Below are positions 44,654 through 53,039 of a stretch of 64,000 nucleotides of DNA, piece after piece. Position 1 is the first letter of the stretch, and each line of letters starts with the position of its first letter. The translations under genes were made by a program, and so were the position numbers. A model generated the notes under the pieces. It was not told the DNA's origin, made no database searches, and saw only the letters and a program-made list of their open reading frames with translations. The DNA is taken from IMG/VR virus record IMGVR_UViG_3300037499_000135, positions 5,056 through 69,055 of that record, one strand, 5' to 3'. The stretch is from a virus. Lineage: Duplodnaviria > Caudoviricetes.

Positions 44654-45862
44654 TCACAACGCAGGCTCTACCCCGAGCCTCGCAGCCAGCGACCGCAACG
44701 GGGTGTTCCGGCGGCGCTCCGACTCGAGCATCTCCCGCACCGTCGCCGCCGCCAGAGCCTGGAAACGAATCCACTCCGGCTGGTCCTCCTCCACCTCGAG
44801 CAACGTCTCGAGAGCGCCATCCGCGTCGCCCGTCTGATACTTGGCCTGCGCGACATCGACCCGGTACGCGGCCGAGTGCACCGGCCGGCTGATGTCCTCG
44901 AGGACCACGTCGCTCGAGAACGTGAGGGCGTCCTGGGGCCGGTTGTCGCTCCCGGCCAACGCAATGTTGACCTTCTGCGTGCGCACGTCGACCAGGCTGA
45001 ACGCGGTCCCATACGCGCGTACCGGGCCCGACCGGACTGCCGCATCCTCCGCGGCGGCCAGCAGCTGCATGGCGGTGTCGCGCTCGTCACGGCGCGCGGC
45101 CGGAGTGGCTGCGGCGACGAGGAGGTTCCCGTACACGGCCAACTGGGCCGGTGTCGGCCTGCGGAATCCGGGCTCGAGCGCATCAGCTTTCCGCTCGGCG
45201 ACCGTCTGCGCCTGCTCCCACCGGCCCTGCCTGAGCAGCACCCACGACAGCGTGGAGACGCCCATGCCCTCCATCAGCGGATCCGACGCCCGGGCAGCGG
45301 CGGCGAGTTGCTTCTCGACCGCGGCGAAAGCCCAGTCGGGGTGTCCGGCCTGCGTGGCCAGGCAAGCGGCGAGCTGGTAGGCGAGGGCGAGTTGCCGCCA
45401 CACCTGCTCGGTGGGGGTCTCGCGGGCGACCGCCCGGCCGTCGCGCAGTAGCAGCGGGAGTCTGCTCGAGAGGCTCGAGTATTCGCCCGCCCAATACAGG
45501 CCGGTCGCTTCCTTCACGGTGTCGAGCCACATGTCGGCGCCGGGCGGGTCCTCGAGGTTGTCGTCGGTGAGAACACCGGGCAGAGCGTTGACGTCCTGGA
45601 TGGCATCACGGAGGGAGATGAGGCCGCCGTCGTCGGAGAGGTTTTGGGTCACGGTGGGCTGTCCTACCAGGCGCTCGAGCTGCACATCGAGGGCGCGGGC
45701 CAGAGCGCGGAGTGTGTTGATGCGCGCGGATTGCCGGATGCCCTGCTCGAGCTTGCGGACGGTGTCGACGTGGATGCCGGCACGGGTTGCGAGTTCCTCT
45801 TGGGTGAGGTCGCGGAATTCGCGCAGGCTGCGGATGCGGTCGCCGATGGGTGTGGTGGTCAT
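44654..45862 (-). CDS. XRE HTH regulator with long helical (TPR-like) C-terminus, about 402 aa
   Basis: IGDRIRSLREFRDLTQEELATRAGIHVDTVRKLEQG then helical repeats; GGGGG SD before ATG 45862. Confidence 0.85.
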   Translation of the reverse strand: MTTTPIGDRIRSLREFRDLTQEELATRAGIHVDTVRKLEQGIRQSARINTLRALARALDVQLERLVGQPTVTQNLSDDGGLISLRDAIQDVNALPGVLTDDNLEDPPGADMWLDTVKEATGLYWAGEYSSLSSRLPLLLRDGRAVARETPTEQVWRQLALAYQLAACLATQAGHPDWAFAAVEKQLAAAARASDPLMEGMGVSTLSWVLLRQGRWEQAQTVAERKADALEPGFRRPTPAQLAVYGNLLVAAATPAARRDERDTAMQLLAAAEDAAVRSGPVRAYGTAFSLVDVRTQKVNIALAGSDNRPQDALTFSSDVVLEDISRPVHSAAYRVDVAQAKYQTGDADGALETLLEVEEDQPEWIRFQALAAATVREMLESERRRNTPLRSLAARLGVEPAL

Positions 45863-45964
45863 GTGTACCCCCGCCAGAAGGTTGTGGAGTCCACGGTACT
45901 GCTGGCGGGATTTTGGCGGGATGGGCGTGAGTGAGGCGGAGTCCGGATCGGTAGGATCAGGGGT

Positions 45965-46144
45965 ATGCCCCCGCCCCCTTCCTCGTCTGGTTCCGTGCGG
46001 TCTGCTGCCGTGGTGAACGAGGAGATTCGTGCGCTGTGGCCGCACCCGTCGGTACGGTTGTCGAGCGAGGAGCGGGCCCGGTACGAGCGGCTCGTCGCGG
46101 AGTGGGCGGCGGCGGTACGGGCCGAGGTCGTCGAAGCGGCTTGA
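45965..46144 (+). CDS. 59-aa protein divergent from XRE regulator (RSAAVVNEEIRALW...YERLVAEW)
   Basis: Hand translation; just below ORF-track cutoff. Confidence 0.6.
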   Translation: MPPPPSSSGSVRSAAVVNEEIRALWPHPSVRLSSEERARYERLVAEWAAAVRAEVVEAA

Positions 46145-46147
46145 CGG

Positions 46148-46402
46148 TCAGGTGTCGTCGCCTGCGGACAGGTGTTCTTCGAAGCGTTCCTTCAGCTCGC
46201 AGAGTTCCCGCGCTGTGTCGTCCATCTTCCGCTCGGTGCGTGTCACCGTGTCTTTGATGGATCGGCCGCCGTTCGGTGAGAGTTCTTTCACTGCGTCCAC
46301 GATGACGACGATGCGGCGGTTGATGCGCCATACGCCGCGGGCGAGTGCGCCGATGGCGATGAGTGCGGCTGCTCCGGCGCCGAGGTAGATGAGCAGGTCC
46401 AT
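46148..46402 (-). CDS. Lysis-cassette membrane protein (DUF2746-like)
   Basis: N-terminal TM, PNGGRSIKD motif, coiled coil; GGAGG SD. Confidence 0.65.
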   Translation of the reverse strand: MDLLIYLGAGAAALIAIGALARGVWRINRRIVVIVDAVKELSPNGGRSIKDTVTRTERKMDDTARELCELKERFEEHLSAGDDT

Positions 46403-46557
46403 GGGTGCGGCCTCCGTGGTGCGGGCCCTGGTGGTGCGGGCCGTTCGAACGTGAGTGTGGCATTCGAACGCTCTGGCATATTCCGGCAACACGGGTCACT
46501 TGCGCACCGGTTGCATAATGGTATTCAGCCCTCCGGCGAAGTGAATGCGAGGCCAGC

Positions 46558-46803
46558 ATGCAGCAGACCGCACGACGGCCCGGACGCCCCCGCGACCCCG
46601 ACGTCATCGCCCGCGACGAAACCATCTACCGGCTCATCGCAGACGGCATAGGCGCCCGCCGAGACCTCGCCACCGCGACCGGCCTCGACCGGCCCACCAT
46701 CGCCCTCAGCGTCCAACGCCTGAAGCGGGCCGCACGCATCCGGCCTTGCCTCGACCGTGGAGCGATCGTCTGGTCCGTAGCCGACGACACCCCGTGCCCC
46801 TGA
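46558..46803 (+). CDS. Winged-HTH DNA-binding protein
   Basis: RRDLATATGLDRPTIALSVQRLKR...wing W. Confidence 0.65.
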   Translation: MQQTARRPGRPRDPDVIARDETIYRLIADGIGARRDLATATGLDRPTIALSVQRLKRAARIRPCLDRGAIVWSVADDTPCP

Positions 46804-46813
46804 GGAGCCAGCC

Positions 46814-47203
46814 GTGAGCTTGGTCGAGTTCTTCTCCGCCGATGACGTCGCCTGGCAAGAGGGCGCCCCCTGCACTACCACCGGCTTCGACTTCGTCCCC
46901 GACGTCGAGACGGACGAGGGGCTCGACACCGCGCAGCAGTGGTGCCGCACCTGCGACGTACGCACCCAGTGCCTGGCGTGGGCCATGCTCAACCGGGCCG
47001 AAGGCTACTGGGGCGGCACCACCACCTACCAGCGGGATCAACTCCGGCGTGTTCGCACCCGCGCGAAGTGCCCGATCTGCCAGGCCACCGACCTCGTGTA
47101 CACCGACCCGCACGAACTCTGCCTGTGCTGCGGGGCATCGTGGATCCGCGACGTACGCGAGGAACCCATCGCCGCCACACCGCTACCATCAGCCGCAGCC
47201 TGA
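46814..47203 (+). CDS. whiB: WhiB-like protein with C-terminal zinc ribbon
   Basis: WQEGAPC...AQQWCRTC..RTQC...GYWGGTT..QR; CPIC...CLCC. Confidence 0.8.
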   Translation: MSLVEFFSADDVAWQEGAPCTTTGFDFVPDVETDEGLDTAQQWCRTCDVRTQCLAWAMLNRAEGYWGGTTTYQRDQLRRVRTRAKCPICQATDLVYTDPHELCLCCGASWIRDVREEPIAATPLPSAAA

Positions 47204-47224
47204 ACTGCGAAGGAGCATCACCCG

Positions 47225-47779
47225 ATGCAGAAAATCCCGACCCTCTTCGTCCGCAACCCCGACGACCGCCGCCACGTCCTGCCCGAGGTCACCCCGGGCT
47301 GCGAGTGGGTCCTCGCTGGGGAAGGACTCGCGACCCGCAAGTGGGACGGCACCTGCACCAAGCTCGACGAGGACGACGTGTGGTGGGCGAGGCGCGAGGT
47401 CAAGCCCGGCAAGACGCCGCCACCCGACTACGTCCCGATCGGCACCGACGAGGTCACTGGGAAGACGGTGGGGTGGGAACCGATCGAGCAGTCCTCGTTC
47501 GCGAAGTACCACACTGAGGCGCTCACCCACACGGGGCTGATGGTGCCCAGCACGTACGAACTCTGCGGCCCGAAGATCAACGGCAACCCGGAAATGCTCA
47601 GCCGCCACACTCTCATCCTCCACGGCTTTGCACCGTCGTCCGAGACCGACGACATCAAGGCCGCGCCACGCGACTACGAAGGCCTGCGTGACTGGCTGCG
47701 GGATCGCCACTACGAAGGGCTCGTCTGGCATCACGCCGATGGACGGGTGGCGAAGCTGAAGGCGAAGGACTTCCGCTAG
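47225..47779 (+). CDS. RNA ligase-like nucleotidyltransferase (DUF5565/Rnl1-like)
   Basis: MQKIPTLF, ATRKWDGT (KxDG adenylation motif), TYELCGPKINGNPE, EGLVW, AKLK. Confidence 0.75.
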   Translation: MQKIPTLFVRNPDDRRHVLPEVTPGCEWVLAGEGLATRKWDGTCTKLDEDDVWWARREVKPGKTPPPDYVPIGTDEVTGKTVGWEPIEQSSFAKYHTEALTHTGLMVPSTYELCGPKINGNPEMLSRHTLILHGFAPSSETDDIKAAPRDYEGLRDWLRDRHYEGLVWHHADGRVAKLKAKDFR

Positions 47780-48822
47780 ACCGCGACCGCCGTGCGCGGC
47801 GTAGCCTGCTGCACCTCGTACGCCCTCTGCCAGGCATCCTGCCACCGCCACGCATGCTGCGACAGCCGGAGCTGCTCGGCCACCGCACGCCCCGCCTCAG
47901 ACAACTCCGCCCGCAGCTCGGCCGACTCGCGGAGCCGCTTCAACTCGCGGTACCAGACCCGCGGCCGGTCAGCGAGCACGCCCGCGCCCATCGCGTGCAG
48001 CCGCGCGTACTCCGCCCGCGGCGACGCCACCCACGGCACCCCGCAGGCTGAGAGCTCCAAAGGCTTCAAGTACGACTTAGCTTGGTTGAACTTCGTGTCG
48101 GCAAGCGGGGCGATCCCGATCCCCAACTCGGCGACCGCGCGCGGCCATTCCTCGATCGGCACCCCACCGCCGGGCGGATCCCCTGCCAGACCGAACGCCC
48201 TGCCAGCGCCCGTCGGATCGCCGCGCATCACAAACGACGCGCCCTCGTCCACCAGCCGCGCGACCGCCCCGCCCACCACATCCGGATCGTTCGGATGCGA
48301 GTGGAACGAACCGGGCCAACCGATCGTGTCCGAGTCCGTACGCGGCAGCCCGTAGTACATGTCCGGCAGGTAGTTCGGCAGCACATGCCCGCGGCCGTGC
48401 CTCGCGTACACGTCCAACAGCGCCGGCGTCGACACCGTCACCAACGACGCGTTCCGGCACGCCAACGCAAGGTTGTGCCACGAATGCAGCCCCGCGCCCG
48501 GACGATGCACAGCCCACGCCGGATTCGACGGATGAATCGACGACAGATCATCGTCGACATCCACCACCACCGTGATGCCCTTCGCCCGCATCACGCCGAC
48601 AGCCTGCGCCATGTAGGCGTGGGTGACGCGCTGCATGACGACGACATCGGCATCGACGAGTACGTCTTTGACGGTGTGGCCGTCCATGACGACGCGGACG
48701 CGGCGGTCGTTGGGGCCGACGACCTCGACGTCGTGGCCAGATGCGGCGAGGAACTGGCCACTCCAGATGATGCGGAAGTGGCCGCACCCGTATTGGTCGC
48801 TGGGGTAGGCGACGACCTTCAC
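47776..48822 (-). CDS. GT-B fold glycosyltransferase
   Basis: GCGHFR, VMQR, DVDDDL, VTVST, IGWPGS, IAPL..FNQAKS.LK.LE..ACGVP.VAS. Confidence 0.85.
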   Translation of the reverse strand: MKVVAYPSDQYGCGHFRIIWSGQFLAASGHDVEVVGPNDRRVRVVMDGHTVKDVLVDADVVVMQRVTHAYMAQAVGVMRAKGITVVVDVDDDLSSIHPSNPAWAVHRPGAGLHSWHNLALACRNASLVTVSTPALLDVYARHGRGHVLPNYLPDMYYGLPRTDSDTIGWPGSFHSHPNDPDVVGGAVARLVDEGASFVMRGDPTGAGRAFGLAGDPPGGGVPIEEWPRAVAELGIGIAPLADTKFNQAKSYLKPLELSACGVPWVASPRAEYARLHAMGAGVLADRPRVWYRELKRLRESAELRAELSEAGRAVAEQLRLSQHAWRWQDAWQRAYEVQQATPRTAVAV

Positions 48823-49091
48823 TCGGCGGCCTTCCGGGTTCGACGCGCGGCCGGGCGCTCCTCCTGCTCGCTCACGGACGGCGTCTTCTCCAGTGCGTCC
48901 ACCCGGTCTTCCAGCCGCTTGACGACCGTTACGGCCTGGTGCAGATGCTCGTGCAGGTCGGTGATCTGCTGCTGCAGATCGGCTATGCGGTCGGTGTTGA
49001 AGTCAGCATCCGTTGCGGTTGCCGGGATGGTGAACATGCTGGCCGCTTCCTCGCGGGCCAGCTTGCGGATGCGTCCTTCCAAGGCGCTCAT
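48819..49091 (-). CDS. Coiled-coil hypothetical protein
   Basis: ATGA coupling to holin; heptad pattern. Confidence 0.7.
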   Translation of the reverse strand: MSALEGRIRKLAREEAASMFTIPATATDADFNTDRIADLQQQITDLHEHLHQAVTVVKRLEDRVDALEKTPSVSEQEERPAARRTRKAAE

Positions 49092-49285
49092 GCGGTGGCG
49101 TCCTCTCCGGTAGGGGTGGGCCGGTTCGGCACCGCCCACGTCAAGCCGAGGCCCCCGACGAGCGCACCCACGATGAGCCACACTTCCCCGCTCGTGATGA
49201 CGTCGTCGGCTGCGGCGGTGGACAGGGCCCCGCTCCCGGCGACGACTCCGGCGACGAGCGCCTTCCAGTACTTCGAGATCTTCAC
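49088..49285 (-). CDS. Holin
   Basis: 65 aa, two TM, YWKALVA...TWAVPN, directly after endolysin. Confidence 0.75.
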   Translation of the reverse strand: MKISKYWKALVAGVVAGSGALSTAAADDVITSGEVWLIVGALVGGLGLTWAVPNRPTPTGEDATA

Positions 49286-49288
49286 GGG

Positions 49289-50170
49289 TCAGCCTTCCTG
49301 TACGTCGATGAGGATGGTGGCCTTGATGCCTTCGATCGATGACCGGATTTCCGCCTTGAGCGCGTCGAGGTCTGCGCCCGGGCCGGCGGCCACCGCGTCG
49401 ACGAGCTTGTCGATGGTGGCGGCCTGCGCGGCGAGCTGGGCCAGGATTTTCTCGCTGTTGCTGGCCGCCACCCGGGCGAGTGTGGCGGCGGTGCGTGCGT
49501 GCGCATAACCGGAGCCGAGTGCGGTGTTGACGGCGATCTTCCCGTCGGCGAGGCCCTTGTCGTCGGGCCAGCGTTCCTTCACCCACGGGCCGAGAATCAC
49601 CTGATCGTTGAGCTGCATGCCGTCCTCCTCGGGTGGGGTGGTTTTGCCGGTGGCGCGGGCGACGATGCCCGGGAACACGACCTCGCGGAACTGGCGGATG
49701 CGGGCCGGGCCGGGGCAGGCGGTGCCAGATGTGGACCACTGCGGGAACAGGCTGTGGTAGCCGAATCCGGGGTCTGACCAGCTGCGGCAAATCCTGAGCG
49801 GCAGGCCGTGGTGGGTGTGCATCCACGCGCCGAGCAGGATGAGTTGCTCGATCTGCTCCGGCGTCCACGGATCGGAGGCCTTGGTGTTGGACGCGGTCTC
49901 GATCGATACGGCGCCGGTGCCGTCCGGTCGGCGGTTCGCGGCGGCGTTGGCGTCGGCGCGGGTTTCGGTGCCGATGTACTGGGCGATGTCCCCGTCATAA
50001 CCGAGCCCGAAGTGCGATTCGAGTGTGCTGGTGCGCCAGTACTCGTAGGTACGGCGCGGCGTCCACGGTCCGACGATGCTGTGCATGATGAGCTGCGTCG
50101 GCCGGATCGCGGGCTGGTTGTCGCTTTCTGGCTGTAGCTCCATCTTGGTGGCGCCGGGATACCAGGCCAT
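49289..50170 (-). CDS. Endolysin, N-acetylmuramoyl-L-alanine amidase (Amidase_2-like)
   Basis: LIMHS, SHF, SIET, GYH...TACPG zinc-amidase motifs. Confidence 0.88.
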   Translation of the reverse strand: MAWYPGATKMELQPESDNQPAIRPTQLIMHSIVGPWTPRRTYEYWRTSTLESHFGLGYDGDIAQYIGTETRADANAAANRRPDGTGAVSIETASNTKASDPWTPEQIEQLILLGAWMHTHHGLPLRICRSWSDPGFGYHSLFPQWSTSGTACPGPARIRQFREVVFPGIVARATGKTTPPEEDGMQLNDQVILGPWVKERWPDDKGLADGKIAVNTALGSGYAHARTAATLARVAASNSEKILAQLAAQAATIDKLVDAVAAGPGADLDALKAEIRSSIEGIKATILIDVQEG

Positions 50171-50171
50171 G

Positions 50172-50600
50172 TCAGTAGTCCCAGGTCTGGCCGACGAACT
50201 GGGCGTGGCCCACGTGCGCGGCCTCGTGGTGGTCGTGCCACACCTCCACCCCGACGGGCTGCCCGTGCCGGCCGTAGAACGGCCACATGATCGTGTCCCA
50301 GTCGCGGCCGGGTGAGTCGAGCCGGTCTGCGGCGCCGGTGTCGTCACGGATGCCGTGGGGGTCGCGGATGAAGCGGGACATGAACTGGCGCGGCCGCACG
50401 TCTTCTGTCAGAACGGTGACCGGTTCCCAGCGGATGTTACGGGCCCACAGGAAGTCCCCGTCGTGGGCGGGCACGATCAGCGACAGATTCCGCATCATGC
50501 TGAGGTCGTTGCGGATGGCCGTCTCGAACGTGAGGAGCGTCCACATACTCGGCGGAATGGCCTGCGGTGTGTTCCGGTACAGCTTGACTTGCGTGGCCAT
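50172..50600 (-). CDS. Hypothetical tail-end protein
   Basis: GAGGA SD; between tail genes and endolysin. Confidence 0.65.
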   Translation of the reverse strand: MATQVKLYRNTPQAIPPSMWTLLTFETAIRNDLSMMRNLSLIVPAHDGDFLWARNIRWEPVTVLTEDVRPRQFMSRFIRDPHGIRDDTGAADRLDSPGRDWDTIMWPFYGRHGQPVGVEVWHDHHEAAHVGHAQFVGQTWDY

Positions 50601-50613
50601 CAGCACAGTCCTC

Positions 50614-51153
50614 TCAGTAGGGCAGCACGATCAGGCGCCGCCGGAGGAACGTTCCCGTCCCACCAGCCACCCGGTACTTGGCGGTGAACGTGTTCGAACC
50701 CGACACCAGGTCGTCGTAGAACACGGCATGTGAGCCCTGAAAAATGCCGCCCGCGCTGGACGGGTCGAACGACAGGGCGCGGACATCCGATTCGGCGCTC
50801 GACGTCGCGCCCGTCACCTCGATGCTCATCCGGGTGGAGAGGTCGGCGCTGCTGTTCGCCATCTGCGCACCCCAGATCACCAACGCGAGCGGGCCCGTGG
50901 TCACGGTGACCGTCGGGCCTACGGTGGCGAGGTCGGTGTACGTCGTGGACGCGGTCGTCTCCGAGGTGACGATGGTGGCGCGGGCGCCCACCCGTTCCAC
51001 GATCTCGTTCAGCGTGGACGTCACGAAATACCCGCCAGGTGCGGTCGCCTTCGCCGGCGCGGTCTCGTTGAGGTTGTCCCTCACGAACGTGTTGAACTGC
51101 GCGGCCGTGTACACGCTGCCGGATACCGCCGTCATGGGCGCTGTCCAAGCGAT
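50614..51153 (-). CDS. Minor tail protein, paralog B (probable ATC start at 51153)
   Basis: AWTAPMTAV...AAQFN.FVRDNLNETAPAKAT; AAGGAGG 8 nt before ATC. Confidence 0.75.
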   Translation of the reverse strand: MAWTAPMTAVSGSVYTAAQFNTFVRDNLNETAPAKATAPGGYFVTSTLNEIVERVGARATIVTSETTASTTYTDLATVGPTVTVTTGPLALVIWGAQMANSSADLSTRMSIEVTGATSSAESDVRALSFDPSSAGGIFQGSHAVFYDDLVSGSNTFTAKYRVAGGTGTFLRRRLIVLPY

Positions 51154-51168
51154 GGGGACCACCTCCTT

Positions 51169-51720
51169 TCAGAACGGCAGGACGAACAGGCGCCGGTTGG
51201 AAAAGGTGCCGGTGCTTGCCGAGACGCGGTATTTGCAGGTGAACGTGTTGGAGCCGGGGTTGAGTGCGATGCCTCCGGAGTAGAGGACGGCGTCGCCGAC
51301 TTCGATCGTGGATCCGGCTGCGTCGATGATGCCGATGCTGCGGTTGATGGCGGTGGCGATGGTGGTGGCGCCGGATACTTCGACGCTCATGCGGGCGGAT
51401 CCTGTTCCGGAGTTGGAGGCGGAGCAGTGGTAGAAGAGGATCGCGCGGGGGCCGGTTTCGACGGTGACTGCTGGGCCGATGGCGGCGGGGGCGTCGAGGT
51501 CGTCGAAGGTGGTGGAGGTGGTGGTGCCGGAGTTGAGGTCGATGGTTCCGCTGGTGATGCGTTCGGCGATGGTGTTGATTCCGGCTCCGGCGAAATGTGT
51601 TCCTGCTGCGGTGGCTTTGGCGGGTGCGGTTTCGTTGAGGTTGTCGCGAACATATTGGTTGAATTGCGCGGCGGAAAAAATGCTATTTGCGACCGCTGTC
51701 ATGGGTGCTGACCAGGCGAT
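51169..51720 (-). CDS. Minor tail protein, paralog A (probable ATC start at 51720)
   Basis: AWSAPMTAV...AAQFNQYVRDNLNETAPAKAT; AAGGAGG 9 nt before ATC. Confidence 0.75.
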   Translation of the reverse strand: MAWSAPMTAVANSIFSAAQFNQYVRDNLNETAPAKATAAGTHFAGAGINTIAERITSGTIDLNSGTTTSTTFDDLDAPAAIGPAVTVETGPRAILFYHCSASNSGTGSARMSVEVSGATTIATAINRSIGIIDAAGSTIEVGDAVLYSGGIALNPGSNTFTCKYRVSASTGTFSNRRLFVLPF

Positions 51721-51722
51721 GG

Positions 51723-52103
51723 CTACTGCCCTCCTTCTGGCGTGGCGGGCACCCCGTGTTCGGCGTTCTCGGCGCGCAGGTCGTCGATGCTCTGCCCGTG
51801 CGGCACCCGGAACTTGACAGCGGTGTCGTGCCCGTGCGGATACCAGTTACGGGTGTGCGGGACCGGGCGCAGTGCGAGGACGGCTGTGATGTCGGCGAGG
51901 TTCGGCGGCCAGTCGATCGGCACGTCCGTGAGCTTGCAGTACGAGCAGGAGAAGGCAGGCAGCTGCACCACCCGCGGCGCCGCCGGGTTGCGTGAGGTGC
52001 GGGCGTAGAGGTGCTCGACGTTGCCGCAGGCGCGCGGGCAGTCGGCGACCCAGTCTCCGGAGTAGACGTAGGCGCGTGCTCGCGTGGCGATCAGCTGGAC
52101 CAT
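51723..52103 (-). CDS. Zinc-binding tail-region protein
   Basis: WVADCPRAC...FSCSYC...TRNW.P. Confidence 0.7.
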   Translation of the reverse strand: MVQLIATRARAYVYSGDWVADCPRACGNVEHLYARTSRNPAAPRVVQLPAFSCSYCKLTDVPIDWPPNLADITAVLALRPVPHTRNWYPHGHDTAVKFRVPHGQSIDDLRAENAEHGVPATPEGGQ

Positions 52104-52148
52104 GCGGTGACGGTAGAACCCGCCCGGCGAAGATCGTTCCGGGGTGGG

Positions 52149-53030
52149 TCAGGTACCGAACTGGCCCGTGTCGAACTGGCCCTGCGTGAGATGGTCGAAG
52201 ATGAACACGGTGTCCGGGTCGTCCGTTGAGCTGGGGTCGAACACACCGTCATCGAAGCCGAGGCCCGCCACATCGAATGTGAACGGGTTCTCCACCGAGT
52301 CCCCCAGAGTGCGCTCGCAGCCGAACGTCGCGTAGTGCACTGTCTGCGTGCACTCATCAACAACCGTCCGGGCAATAATCTGCTCGATCCGCTCAATGTG
52401 GAAGTCGCCGTCCAGGCCGAGTTCGCCGTTGCGGATGGTGATCCGGTCCGACAGGGCGCGGGTCAGGACCTGCAGCCAGTGATCGTCGTCGGAGGACACG
52501 ATCCGTAGCTGCACGGTGGGGCGGCGTTCCGCGTAGTGCGCGAGGAGCAGCTGGGTGATCGCCTGCGCGTCGTTGGCGTTCACCCACGGCGGATCGTCGG
52601 GGTAGGAGCGGCGGCTGTGGCGGGCGATGCTGACCGCGTCCTCCGCGGAGACTTGCACGGTGCGGGCCACCGGCACGGTGCGGGCCCGTACCTGAAGGCG
52701 GCTGATGTTCACCGTGCCGCCGACCGCGGTGATGGTGATGGTGAGGGATTGGCCGGAGCGGCGGGACAGCAGGACGATGGGGGTGCCGGTTCCTGTATGG
52801 ATGATGTCGGTGCCGTCGGTGAGGTCTTGGGCGTCACGGAACGGATCGGATGCTTGCACGTCGACCTGGACGGACTGTCCAAGGGTCAGGCTGATGGTGG
52901 TGCCGGATTCCCAGACGACGGACAGGCTGGCCTCGGGCCGGCGTTCCTCCACGGCGAAGATGGCGGAGTTGATGATGTCGCGCCAGCCGTGGCTGTAGCC
53001 GAACGGGGGGATGAAAGAGAGGTCGGGCAC
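52149..53030 (-). CDS. Minor tail protein (probable C-terminal half of tail hub protein)
   Basis: GWRDIIN start, GDRITI-like LSDRITI, FTFDVAGLGFDDGVF end. Confidence 0.7.
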   Translation of the reverse strand: MPDLSFIPPFGYSHGWRDIINSAIFAVEERRPEASLSVVWESGTTISLTLGQSVQVDVQASDPFRDAQDLTDGTDIIHTGTGTPIVLLSRRSGQSLTITITAVGGTVNISRLQVRARTVPVARTVQVSAEDAVSIARHSRRSYPDDPPWVNANDAQAITQLLLAHYAERRPTVQLRIVSSDDDHWLQVLTRALSDRITIRNGELGLDGDFHIERIEQIIARTVVDECTQTVHYATFGCERTLGDSVENPFTFDVAGLGFDDGVFDPSSTDDPDTVFIFDHLTQGQFDTGQFGT

Positions 53031-53039
53031 GGCTGCTCC

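Noticed and set aside
44062-46144. Arbitrium-type secreted signalling peptide
   Set aside because: The small ORFs around the XRE-TPR gene lack a signal peptide; only the receptor-like architecture is kept, as a weak lead.
46442-46470. CGTTCGAACG palindrome and a second TTCGAACG as a possible LexA box
   Set aside because: Does not match the actinobacterial CGAAC-N4-GTTCG arrangement.
48083-49868. ORFs 48082..49113 (+) and 48819..49868 (-) as long proteins
   Set aside because: Antisense shadow and off-frame read-through across holin/endolysin; the real coiled-coil gene starts at 49091.
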